A model generated the notes under the pieces. It saw only the letters and a program-made list of their open reading frames with translations. It was not told where the DNA came from and did not search any database. This document shows positions 9,457 to 18,648 of a stretch of 64,000 bases of DNA, in pieces. Every line of letters begins with the position of its first letter. The stretch's first letter is position 1. The DNA lies in the NCBI GenBank assembly GCA_038214505.1, contig JBBQRT010000008.1:805-64804 (forward strand), read 5' to 3'. The translations under genes and the position numbers were made by a program. This DNA comes from Phycisphaerales bacterium (lineage in GTDB: Bacteria > Planctomycetota > Phycisphaerae > Phycisphaerales > UBA1924).

Positions 9457-9792
9457 TCAGTCTACCGCCTCGACCCCCCTGACCTCCGGCACGTGCTGCT
9501 TGAGGTTGCGAGCGATGCCCATCTGCAGCGTCACGGTCGAACTCGGGCAATCCACGCACGCCCCGTGCATGCGGATCTGCACCGTCTTATCCGGGGTGAT
9601 TCCGACCAGCTCGATGTCCCCGCCGTCGGCCTGCACGGCGGGCCGGATCAGGTTCAAAACCATCCGCACACGCGCGATTACGGCGTCTTCCGCTCCCGGA
9701 CGGGCGGGATCGATCGGCTCAGCGCCGACTCCCGGCGGGACCGCCGCGGCGGGGGGATGCACGCGCAGGTTGGTTTCTGGCAGCTTGGACAC
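9457..9792 (-). CDS. NifU-like (Nfu C-terminal domain) Fe-S cluster assembly/carrier protein
   Basis: VRMVLNLIRPAVQADGGDIELVGI...VQIRMHGACVDCPSSTVTLQMGIARNLK, with the CxxC of the NifU C-terminal domain. Confidence 0.85.
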   Translation of the reverse strand: MSKLPETNLRVHPPAAAVPPGVGAEPIDPARPGAEDAVIARVRMVLNLIRPAVQADGGDIELVGITPDKTVQIRMHGACVDCPSSTVTLQMGIARNLKQHVPEVRGVEAVD

Positions 9793-9839
9793 GAGCGAAT
9801 CCTAGGGATGCTGGCGCCAAGACCGCCCGCAACGTGTTC

Positions 9840-10577
9840 TCAAGGCGGCGTGATCAGCGTCCCGAGCCTTTCCCCGCCCATGACCCGGCGGATGTTCCCG
9901 CGGCTCTTGAAGTCGAACACGAGCACCGGGACCTTGTTTTCCTGACACATGGCCAGGGCCGTCATGTCCATGACCCCGAGATTCTTGGCCAGGCTCTCGG
10001 CGAACGTCAGCGTGTCGTACTTCTTCGCCGAGGGATCCTTCTTCGGGTCCGCCGAGTACACGCCGTCCACCTTTGTCGCCTTCATGAGCAGCTCGCACTC
10101 GAGCTCGATCGCCCGGAGGCTGGCGCACGTGTCGGTCGTGCAGAACGGGTTGCCCGTCCCGGCAACGAGGATCACGACACGGCCCTTTTCCAGATGCCGC
10201 AGGGCCCGGCTGCGGATGAATGGCTCGGCCACAGCGCGGACGTCGATCGCCGTCATGACACGGGAGTCGACGCCGAGGTGCAGAAGCGCCTCCTTGAGTG
10301 CCAGCCCGTTCATAATCGTGGCGAGCATGCCCATGTAGTCGGCCGTCGCTTGGTGGATATGCGCGACCTTGGCAAACTTTGCCCCCCGGACGAAGTTGCC
10401 GCCACCGACGACGACAGCAAGCTGAACGCCCGTGGAGCTCGCATCCCGCACCTCCTGAGCAATCAGGCCCAGCTCTTCGGCATCGATCCCCATCCCGCCC
10501 GTGGCACAGAACGCTTCGCCCGAAAGCTTGAGCAAAACACGGGAATATGGACTGCCGGCGGGGGGATTGGGCTTCAT
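9840..10577 (-). CDS. pyrH: UMP kinase
   Basis: YSRVLLKLSGEAF...VVVGGGNFVRG...VVILVAGTGNPFCTTDT...ATKVDGVYSADP. Track ORF runs to a GTG at 10676. ATG 10575-10577 (MKPNPPAGSPYSRVLLKLSGE) gives the usual N-terminal length. Confidence 0.93.
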   Translation of the reverse strand: MKPNPPAGSPYSRVLLKLSGEAFCATGGMGIDAEELGLIAQEVRDASSTGVQLAVVVGGGNFVRGAKFAKVAHIHQATADYMGMLATIMNGLALKEALLHLGVDSRVMTAIDVRAVAEPFIRSRALRHLEKGRVVILVAGTGNPFCTTDTCASLRAIELECELLMKATKVDGVYSADPKKDPSAKKYDTLTFAESLAKNLGVMDMTALAMCQENKVPVLVFDFKSRGNIRRVMGGERLGTLITPP

Positions 10578-10930
10578 TTCGGGGTTGATCGCGGCAAGTG
10601 GGGGGGAAACCGATCTGAACGGGGCGGCAGGCATGTTGATCCCCATTCGTATCACACCGGGAGCCGCACCCGGCACCCGGCGACTGTGCCCGGTGCAGAG
10701 AACGGCCGATTGAAGGGTCGTCGCGCGGGTGGGTCAAGAACCGACCCTCTCTCGGGCACGAAGAGAATGTTTGTCCGATCCGCCGTGCGAGCGTCCACGG
10801 CCTCCGCCGAATGACGGGAACACCTCCCCGGCGCGTCTTGCGGCGTGGCCGCGGCGAAGCGCCCAGCCGCCTGTAGAATGAACTGGACGCGATAACCCCA
10901 ACCGCCGGCCACCGGCACACAGGAGTCGAC

Positions 10931-12007
10931 ATGGCGCGCTTGGGCGGGTCGATGGATGCGAAGCTCAGCCAGAACCTCGGCGCGGCTGCTGCGCCCGCGG
11001 TTCCCGGCATCGAGGCCGCGCCCCCGCCTCCCCGTCAGCCCTGGTGGACCCGCTCGTCGTCGGCCATCTTCGCGTCCGTCATTCTGCATGCCGTGATCAC
11101 GTCCGTCGCCGCGATTCTGGCCGTGGGGCCGGTCGGGTCGGGCTCGGGCGGACCGGGCCGCCAATACGGGATGGACGTCGCCCTCACGGCTCCCGTCTCC
11201 CTCGAAGCACTCTCGCTCGGCGCCGAGCTCGAGTCGCAGACGCCCGCCACCACGTCCGCCGACGCCAAGGACGAACTGCCCCCGCTGGGCGTACTGGAAG
11301 GATCAGGAGGTATGGACGCCCCGGCCTCGGGCGCTGGGCTTGGGGCCGTGGCCGACGGGCTTGGTGGAGCCGGCGGCGATATCGGCGACGGGGCCGGCCT
11401 CGGCACCGGCGGCGCGGGTACCGGCGGGGCCAGCTTCTTCGGCGTCGAGGCCAAGGGGGCCCGATTCCTCTACATCTGCGACATCTCCGGTTCCATGAAC
11501 TTCGGCACAACCGGCGAAGACTCCGGCGAGCGACTCCGGCTGCTGCAGGCCGAACTCGCCGAGAGTCTCCGCGGCCTGCTGGATCACATGTCCTTCTACG
11601 TCCTGTTCTTCTCTTCGGGCGTCACGCCCATCGCCGACACGCAGCGCTGGATCCTGGCCTCCGACAAGGGCAAAGCGTTCGCGCTCGACAAGGTCGCGGC
11701 TCTGAGCGCCTTCGGCGGCACCGAGCCCTGGCCCGCGTTCGAGTTCGCCTTCGTCTTCAAGCCCCTCCCCGACGCCATCTACTTCATGACCGACGGCAAC
11801 TTCGATCCCCAGGTCGCGCTCCGCATCCAGGCCGCCAACGTCGGGTCAAGAAAGATCCCGATCCACTGCATCACGCTGCAGGACAAGTCCGGCGAAGAGA
11901 TCATGCGGAAGATCGCCGCGGACTCGGGCGGGACGTACACCCACGTCCCGGGCTTGCGTTCCGTGCCCGACCCCAGGATCGGTCCCGGCGGAGGTCGCCG
12001 GAAATGA
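10931..12007 (+). CDS. Membrane-anchored von Willebrand factor A (VWA) domain protein
   Basis: AGGAG SD before ATG 10931. N-terminal TM helix (IFASVILHAVITSVAAILAV), Gly/Ala-rich linker, VWA with FLYICDISGSMNF (DxSxS MIDAS-like) and IYFMTDG. Confidence 0.8.
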   Translation: MARLGGSMDAKLSQNLGAAAAPAVPGIEAAPPPPRQPWWTRSSSAIFASVILHAVITSVAAILAVGPVGSGSGGPGRQYGMDVALTAPVSLEALSLGAELESQTPATTSADAKDELPPLGVLEGSGGMDAPASGAGLGAVADGLGGAGGDIGDGAGLGTGGAGTGGASFFGVEAKGARFLYICDISGSMNFGTTGEDSGERLRLLQAELAESLRGLLDHMSFYVLFFSSGVTPIADTQRWILASDKGKAFALDKVAALSAFGGTEPWPAFEFAFVFKPLPDAIYFMTDGNFDPQVALRIQAANVGSRKIPIHCITLQDKSGEEIMRKIAADSGGTYTHVPGLRSVPDPRIGPGGGRRK

Positions 12008-13119
12008 TGCTGATCCGCGCCGGCCTCGCCGCGGCCTTGCTCTGCTCGGCGACACCGTCGCTCCTGGCCCAGCTCTATCTGCGTGGACAGGCCGAGCCCG
12101 TGCAGGGTCAGATCGTCGCTGTCTCCAGCGCGGGCGTCAGCATCGCTCAAGCCGGCGAAACGCCGACGGTCGTCTCCTGGGATCGCGTCCGCGTTGTCAG
12201 GGGCGAGTCGTCGGCCCAGGCCGCAACATTCGCGGACTCTGCTCAGGCGTTGTGGCGGGCCCGGACGCGGGTCGAACGGTCCGATTTCGCGGGCGCGGAG
12301 CCGATTCTCGAACGTCTCGCCGCCCTGCCGCCCGTCGACGCACTGACCGGCCCAAGCGCCGCCGTGCTCGCCGAGTGCCTGCTCCGCTGCCGCCTCGAGC
12401 GTGGCGCGCAGGCGGGGGCCACACGCGCGTGGCTCGTGTTTGCCCGGACCGCGGTGCCCCCGGCTGGCCCTCCGAAGGCTCCCGCCGTCGCCGGTCATCA
12501 GCTCATCGATGCTGGCACAGGGCTCTGCCCGGCCCTGCCGCCGATGTTCGTCCGCGATGCGGCCCTGATCGCCGCGGCCGATGCCCCGCCGGACGCCGAC
12601 ACGCCCCTGGCACGGCTGTACACCGCTGCGCTCGCCGCCGATGCTGGGCGCCCGACAGTCTGGACTTCCGAGCTGGCTTCGGGCCTCCCCGAGTCGGCGC
12701 GGGTGCTCGCCGAGATTCTTCAGGCTCGGACGGGCACGCCGCCCGAGCGTGCCGCCGCCCGCGCGGCCCTGACCTCCCGTCTGGTCTCGCCCGACCTTGC
12801 TCCCTGGCTCGATGCCTGGTGCCACGTCGCCCTCGGCCGCTCGCTCGTGCGAGAGAGCGACCCCGGGCTCCGACGCCAGGGCGTGCTGCATCTGCTCCAG
12901 GCCCCCGCACGCCTGGGGCGATCGGCCCCGTACCTGGCCAGCCTCTCGCTCCTTGAAGCGGCCCAGACGATGCAGGCTCTCGGCGAGCCCGAGGCCGCCG
13001 CATCGATCCGCGCCGAGCTGAAGGACCGCTTCTCCCGCTGGCCCGCCGCCCGGGCCGCGGCGGCAGACCTGCAAGACCCGGCTCCGAACCAGGAAAGCAA
13101 GGAGCAGACCGCTGACTGA
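12004..13119 (+). CDS. Hypothetical secreted protein (Ala/Leu-rich, helical)
   Basis: In-frame ATG 12004 within track ORF 11044..13119. ATGA overlap with the VWA gene stop. Signal peptide MMLIRAGLAAALLCSATPSLLAQ. Strong GC3 bias. No recognisable domain. Confidence 0.65.
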   Translation: MMLIRAGLAAALLCSATPSLLAQLYLRGQAEPVQGQIVAVSSAGVSIAQAGETPTVVSWDRVRVVRGESSAQAATFADSAQALWRARTRVERSDFAGAEPILERLAALPPVDALTGPSAAVLAECLLRCRLERGAQAGATRAWLVFARTAVPPAGPPKAPAVAGHQLIDAGTGLCPALPPMFVRDAALIAAADAPPDADTPLARLYTAALAADAGRPTVWTSELASGLPESARVLAEILQARTGTPPERAAARAALTSRLVSPDLAPWLDAWCHVALGRSLVRESDPGLRRQGVLHLLQAPARLGRSAPYLASLSLLEAAQTMQALGEPEAAASIRAELKDRFSRWPAARAAAADLQDPAPNQESKEQTAD

Positions 13120-13159
13120 CCGACCGGTCAATCGCCCGACGCTTCGGGTTCTAACGCTC

Positions 13160-15928
13160 GTGGCCGCCATCGCGCTCAGCGGGCCCGCGGCCCGCGCGCA
13201 GAGCGAGGAACACGCCGACCCCGACGCCGCGCTCGAGGCGTATCTCGAGCGGCTCGAGCTGCGCAGCCTTCTCGCCGACCAGCTCGAGAAGCGTCTGCCC
13301 AAAACGCCCAAGGATCGCCGCGGTCCGATCGTCGAGCGGCTCGGCCGGCTGTATGTCGAGCTGCTCTCCCGGGCCCAGACCGCCGAGCAGCGAAAGGCCT
13401 GGCAGCAGCGCGGCGAGGCGCTGCTCGCCTCCGCGCCCGAGGTCGATTCGTTCGAGCTGCGCCTCAACCTGCTCAAGGCCGTCTACTTCCGGGCCGAGGA
13501 GCTCGCCGAGCGCGTCCGCCTCCGGCTCGCGAGCACCCAGGAGGCCGCCGAGGCCGACGCGACCATGCGTTCGCTCGCCCAGCAGTTCAACGAGGTGGGT
13601 CTCAAGGTTAACCGCCGCGTCGATGCGCTCGAGCGGTCCGAGCAGCTGGCCGATTCGCCCGACAAGCTCGCGACCGAGCTGGCCGAGTCTCGACGCCTGC
13701 GCTCGCTGGCCTACTACTACGCCGGCTGGGCCAATGTCTATCTCGCCACCCTCTCGCCGCGCGAGCAGGCCGCGACCGACGCGCTCCGCTGCTTCGGCTG
13801 GCTCATCGGCGGCGGCGGGGGGGCAAACGGAACGTCCGCAGCCGCCGTGCGTCCGGCATCGGTCGACCGGCTCCAGCCGGCGATGCTCCAGTACGAGCAC
13901 ATCGCCCGCACCGCCGTCGGCTGCGCCCTGGCAAGTGCCCTCAAGGGCAACGACGCCGAGGCCCTCCGCTGGCTCGACGCCGTCGAGGAGGAAGCCCAGA
14001 CGCCCGACGCGGTGCGGAAGCAGGTTCCTTCTCGCCGGCTCATCGTGCTCGCCGCGGCGAACCGCTGGTACGACGTTGACCTGCTCGTCCGCCGCATGCG
14101 GAAGGCCGACCGCACCGGCGCCGGGCCAAATCTCACCCCGCTCGACCCCGCCACAGCACGCCTGCTGGCCGTCCTGGCGCTTGAAGCGGACAAACGCACC
14201 AACGTCGATCTCATCGAGCGGCTGGCCCGCACGGCCCTGGGCGATCTCGTCGCGGCCCGCCAGACCGCCCAAGTCATCGATCTCGTCTCCCGCTACGGCA
14301 CCGCCGCGCTCGGCGAGGCCGGATTTATCGTGAACTTCGTCCGCGGGGCACAGGCATATGAGGAAGCCCGCAAGCTCCAGATCGCCGCCGGGCCCTCGGC
14401 CGCAGACGACGAGCCCACGACCGACGCCGCCCTCATCAACAAGTACCGCGCCGCGGCCGACCTCCTCGGCGCCGCCGACGCGCAGGCCGACGCCCCGGAG
14501 TTCGCCGCCGAACGGACCAAGGCCCGCCTGATGCGTGGCCGGGCCCTGTTCTTCGGAAGCGCGTTCTCGCCCGCCGCCGAGGCGTTCTATTCCGCGTTCG
14601 AGCTCGCGGGCCGCATCCAGGGCGAGGAGCCCCTCTGGCTCTCGATTCTCTCTCTCGAGCGAGGCCAGCGCGAGGCCCCAAACGCGGCGCTCACAACCCG
14701 GCTGAGTCAGGCCGTCGCGCTGTTCCTGAGCACCTACCCAGAGTCGGACAAGGGGGCCCGCCTGGTGCTGCTGCAGACCCAGACCGGCGACATCCCCGAC
14801 GAGGAGGCAATCAAGATTCTCTCCGCGGTGCCAAGGGACTCGCCCGTATACCCGGCGGCCCGCCGACAGGTCGCACGCCTGCTCTACTCACGCTTCCGTG
14901 CCGCCTCCTCCTCCGAGCGGGAGTTCGCCGCCCAGCGCTTTGTTGCCGTCGGCGAAGAAGTCCTCGCCCTCGAGCGCCCGCTGGCTATGGAGGGTCAAGG
15001 CCCCGAGGCCGTGCAGGCCGCCGAACGCTACTTGATGCGGGCCCGGCAGCTCCTCGACGCGATGCTCAGTGTGTCGACTCCCGACGCCCAGCGGGCGTCA
15101 ACGCTGCTCGATTCCCTGCGGTCGGTCACCGTGTACAACAGTCTCGACACCAAGGCGATCCAGCCCGAACTGCTGTTCCGTCAAATGCAGATCGCCGTCG
15201 CCCGCGGCGACCTGAACGCCGCAGAAAAGGCCGCGATCACGCTCATCCCGCTTCCCGACGCGGCCGCGTTTGCGCCCGCCGCGGAACGCGCCATCTATCG
15301 CGCGGCGGCCCCGCGATTCAAGCCGGGCTCCGACCAGCCCGACTCGTTCGAGGCGGCCCGACTCATGGTTGTGTTCGGCCTCAGGATCATCGACCGACTC
15401 GGGTCGGGTTCCTCGGTGCTCGCCGATCCCGCCGCCGTGAATCTGTACTCGAACGTGGCCGCCGCCGCCGCGGACCGCTGGCGGTCCCAGAACGACCAGC
15501 CGGCTCGCGATCTGGCCGTCCGCCTCGACAAGGCGCTGCTTGTCTCGAGTCCCCGCCTGGAGCCCGCGCTCCGCCGCCTGAGCCAGACGGCCGAAGCCGC
15601 CGGCGACACCGCCGCCGCCCTGAGCGCCTGGCGCACATTGCTCGACGCCGCCCAGCCCGGATCGCCCGGGTGGTTCGAGGCGCAGCACGAGTCCATCCGT
15701 CTGCTGGCCATCATCGACCCCGCCCGGGCCCGCCAGGCGTTCGAGCAGTTCCGCGTCCTGTATCCAGACCTGGGCCCCGAGGCCTCGCGTGACAAGTTCG
15801 TAGGCCTGGACGAGCGTCTCCCGCCGGTGCCTGCAGCTGCACCGCCCGGCCCCACCGCACCTGCCGCGCCCGGCGCTCGCGACCCCGAGGTGGCGCAGCC
15901 ACCCGCCTCCGGGAGTGGCCAGCCATGA
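13160..15928 (+). CDS. Hypothetical large (922 aa) helical-repeat (TPR-like?) secreted protein
   Basis: Track ORF with GTG start. Strong GC3 bias throughout. N-terminus ...AAIALSGPAARAQ resembles a signal-peptide end. An upstream CTG at 13112 would add RPTLRVLTLV and overlap the preceding stop. No catalytic motif recognised. Confidence 0.7.
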   Translation: MAAIALSGPAARAQSEEHADPDAALEAYLERLELRSLLADQLEKRLPKTPKDRRGPIVERLGRLYVELLSRAQTAEQRKAWQQRGEALLASAPEVDSFELRLNLLKAVYFRAEELAERVRLRLASTQEAAEADATMRSLAQQFNEVGLKVNRRVDALERSEQLADSPDKLATELAESRRLRSLAYYYAGWANVYLATLSPREQAATDALRCFGWLIGGGGGANGTSAAAVRPASVDRLQPAMLQYEHIARTAVGCALASALKGNDAEALRWLDAVEEEAQTPDAVRKQVPSRRLIVLAAANRWYDVDLLVRRMRKADRTGAGPNLTPLDPATARLLAVLALEADKRTNVDLIERLARTALGDLVAARQTAQVIDLVSRYGTAALGEAGFIVNFVRGAQAYEEARKLQIAAGPSAADDEPTTDAALINKYRAAADLLGAADAQADAPEFAAERTKARLMRGRALFFGSAFSPAAEAFYSAFELAGRIQGEEPLWLSILSLERGQREAPNAALTTRLSQAVALFLSTYPESDKGARLVLLQTQTGDIPDEEAIKILSAVPRDSPVYPAARRQVARLLYSRFRAASSSEREFAAQRFVAVGEEVLALERPLAMEGQGPEAVQAAERYLMRARQLLDAMLSVSTPDAQRASTLLDSLRSVTVYNSLDTKAIQPELLFRQMQIAVARGDLNAAEKAAITLIPLPDAAAFAPAAERAIYRAAAPRFKPGSDQPDSFEAARLMVVFGLRIIDRLGSGSSVLADPAAVNLYSNVAAAAADRWRSQNDQPARDLAVRLDKALLVSSPRLEPALRRLSQTAEAAGDTAAALSAWRTLLDAAQPGSPGWFEAQHESIRLLAIIDPARARQAFEQFRVLYPDLGPEASRDKFVGLDERLPPVPAAAPPGPTAPAAPGARDPEVAQPPASGSGQP

Positions 15929-18648
15929 ACCGGGCCCTGTCTCGCATCCTCGGCCTCGCCTCCGACCCGGGCCCGCTCGAACTCCTGGGCCTCTCGCTGC
16001 CCGAGTGCACCGCCGCGCGGATCGAGTCTTCACTCGAGCGTCAACTCGAACGTGTCGACCAGCACCCCGAATCGGACACGCCCGAAGCCGACGAGGTGCG
16101 TCTGGCGCTCCACACCGCGGCGGCCCAGCTGCTCGATCCGGCCGTCCGCGCCCTGCTCATCCACGAAGCGCCACGAGCGGAGTCCGTGGCGCTCTTCGTC
16201 TCCGACCCCTCGCCCGCCCCCCCGGCGCAGAGCGACCCTTCGCGCACCTACACCCGGCCATCTTCGCGTCGCACGCCCGACGCCCATCCCGACCGAGCGC
16301 TCAAGCGTCTGCTCGTCGGCGGCGGCGTATTCGTCGTGCTCGGCATCTTCGCCCTCGTCGCCGTGCTCATCGCCCTGACACCCAGCCGCACTCGAACCGC
16401 CCCCACCGCCCCCACCGCGACCGCCGCATCGACAGCGACGCCCAAGTCGCCCGCACAATCGCCTGCGCAAGCCCCGGGTGCAAGCATCGCCGCCACGCCT
16501 GCGTCCGTCCCTCCCGAGATCCTGCCCCCCGGCCGCGCCCCGTTCAAAGACCCGGGCGGCGTGCTCCGCCAGCTCCGCGCCGCCGTCGAGCGGGCCCGGG
16601 CCGAGCCCGCCGGCGCCGTCAAAGACCTTGAATCAATCATTCCGCTCGTCGCCGATTGGTGGCCCAAGTACGACCCCGCCCAGCGACGCGCCGTCGACGA
16701 CGCGGTCGTCGAGTTTCTCTACGCCGCCGCGTCGAGTCCCGACAGCGCAACCGCCGCCGTCGGGCTGATCAGCGCCCGCGCCGCCCTCCCCCCCGGCGAC
16801 GCGCCCGTCGACCCCGACGCCGTCTGGCCCGCGGCGTGGGGTGCCGGCATCCTGACGCGTCTCTCCGGCGAGCGAGAGCTGCCCACCCCGATCGCCGCCG
16901 CCGTGCGCGAAGGGCTCAACCGGGCCGTCGGCATCGGTCGAACGCTCGGCTCCACCCGCTTCGACGCCGGTGCCGCGGCCGCCCTCTCGCTCATGCCCAC
17001 CCGCCTCATCGCCCCCGCCCAAGCCGCCGACGAGGCGGCCCAGGCCGCCATCATCGAGTCGTTCAAGCGATGGGCCGACGCCGTCACCGCCGGCGTTCCG
17101 GATCCGCTCGCCGGCGAGACGGTGCTGATGGACGGCCTTGAACGCATCCTCGTCGACGGCCCCGAGCCCGACACGTCCGCGGCCGCCTTCGCCGCCGCCG
17201 AGCTCGCCGCCGCCCGTATCCGCTGGCGCGCCGCGGGCCCGGCCCGCACGCGGCTGCTCGCGTGGTTCAACGACGGGCGGATCAGCGCCAGCGACCTCCG
17301 CGTCGTCACGGGCGCGATCGCCGGCAAGTCCGCCGCCGAGGGCATCGAGCCGACCATGATCCTCTCGATCGGCGCGACGACCGACGACCGCGCCCTGCTC
17401 CGGGCCCGCTTTGCCGCCGCGTGGGGGCTCGCGAAGCCCGAGGGTCGCGGCCGTGTCTTAGTCGCCTGGCGCGCCGCCGCTGCCCCGAGCTCTATTCCCG
17501 ACGCGAAGCCCGCTCCGCTGGACGCGGCGATCCAGCTCGCCGTGCAGACCCGCATCAATCAGGCCGCCCGCACGCTCTTCCTCGGCGATGCCGACGCCGC
17601 GGAATCGATCCTCAACGCCCTGCCCCAGACGCGGATGCTGGTGGCGACCGCCGGTGATCCGACCGCCGCCATTGGACCGGCCGTCATTCTGCCCGGCCCC
17701 GCGAATCCCGCCAGCCCAGCGCCGCCACGGAGCCCGCGATCGCCCTCCCGCGCTGCCCCCGCCGCTACGACCGAGCCGCCGAGCGGTGCCGAAGGCGAAT
17801 GGGCCGCGGGCTATCTCAAGGCCGAACAGAACATCCCCGTGCGGCTGGACCGTCTCGCCGCGCTCGGGGCATACTCGGGCCAGCTGGGACACCTCGACGC
17901 CGCGGTGCTCGCCGAGGCCGCGTGCTTCGCGGCCCCGTCGCAGGTCCGGTACGCGGCCCAGCAGCAGGCACTCCGCTTTGTCGACGATCCATCTCTGGTG
18001 CGGGCCATGCTCGACATGCTCCCCGCCGCGCCGCGGATCTTCTCCGTGACGGCGCTCTACCAGCGGGTGGCCCGGACCAGCCTGCCCAAGCAGGGCGATG
18101 CCGAGTGGGAGCTCGCGACGCGGCGAGCCCTGGTCGAGCGCCTGCTGCAGATGACCGCGGTGGCGGGCGAGCAGAGCGTGATCAACGCGTCCGCCGGGAT
18201 CGTGGCCGAGGCGTACGTCAGCATGAGCATGTCCGCCGGCTCGCTCCGCACAACCGATTCTGACGCCGATCGCGCCGTCCGCGCCGCCGCGGCCCTCTAC
18301 ACGCTCTGGAGCGCCGACGCCCAGCGTCTCCCCGCTCCCCGGTCGCCCACGCCGACCATCGATCAGATCCAGCGGCGCCGCAATAGCCGAGACAAGACCG
18401 CCTCCGGCCCCGCCCAGGCCTTCGCCGCCAGGCAGATCGCCGTCGCAGAACTGCTGGGCTACATCGTCGCCGCCGAGCGTCCGCTGGACGCATCCAAGGT
18501 CGCGGAGATCATGGCCGACCTCGCCCGCTCGCGTCGCGAGGCGGGGCATGTGCTGCCGCAAATGCTGGCGACCGAGCGGGCCATGACGCTCCTGTGGATT
18601 CTCCGTTTCTCCGATCCGGCCCTCTCAGCGGGAGGCCGGGGAACATGA
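15925..18648 (+). CDS. Hypothetical 907-aa membrane protein with N-terminal J-like domain (HPE), single TM and large C-terminal helical region
   Basis: ATGA overlap with the upstream stop. N-terminus ILGLASDPGPLELLGLSLPECTAARIESSLERQLERVDQHPESD...LALHTAAAQLLDPAVRA resembles J-domain helices II-III. TM helix LLVGGGVFVVLGIFALVAVLIAL. Confidence 0.7.
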   Translation: MNRALSRILGLASDPGPLELLGLSLPECTAARIESSLERQLERVDQHPESDTPEADEVRLALHTAAAQLLDPAVRALLIHEAPRAESVALFVSDPSPAPPAQSDPSRTYTRPSSRRTPDAHPDRALKRLLVGGGVFVVLGIFALVAVLIALTPSRTRTAPTAPTATAASTATPKSPAQSPAQAPGASIAATPASVPPEILPPGRAPFKDPGGVLRQLRAAVERARAEPAGAVKDLESIIPLVADWWPKYDPAQRRAVDDAVVEFLYAAASSPDSATAAVGLISARAALPPGDAPVDPDAVWPAAWGAGILTRLSGERELPTPIAAAVREGLNRAVGIGRTLGSTRFDAGAAAALSLMPTRLIAPAQAADEAAQAAIIESFKRWADAVTAGVPDPLAGETVLMDGLERILVDGPEPDTSAAAFAAAELAAARIRWRAAGPARTRLLAWFNDGRISASDLRVVTGAIAGKSAAEGIEPTMILSIGATTDDRALLRARFAAAWGLAKPEGRGRVLVAWRAAAAPSSIPDAKPAPLDAAIQLAVQTRINQAARTLFLGDADAAESILNALPQTRMLVATAGDPTAAIGPAVILPGPANPASPAPPRSPRSPSRAAPAATTEPPSGAEGEWAAGYLKAEQNIPVRLDRLAALGAYSGQLGHLDAAVLAEAACFAAPSQVRYAAQQQALRFVDDPSLVRAMLDMLPAAPRIFSVTALYQRVARTSLPKQGDAEWELATRRALVERLLQMTAVAGEQSVINASAGIVAEAYVSMSMSAGSLRTTDSDADRAVRAAAALYTLWSADAQRLPAPRSPTPTIDQIQRRRNSRDKTASGPAQAFAARQIAVAELLGYIVAAERPLDASKVAEIMADLARSRREAGHVLPQMLATERAMTLLWILRFSDPALSAGGRGT

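Noticed and set aside
11044-12003. Upstream part of track ORF 11044..13119, overlapping the VWA gene
   Set aside because: It is Arg-rich and out of frame with the VWA gene, which has the MIDAS motif and GC3 bias. The real start is the ATG at 12004, coupled to the VWA stop.
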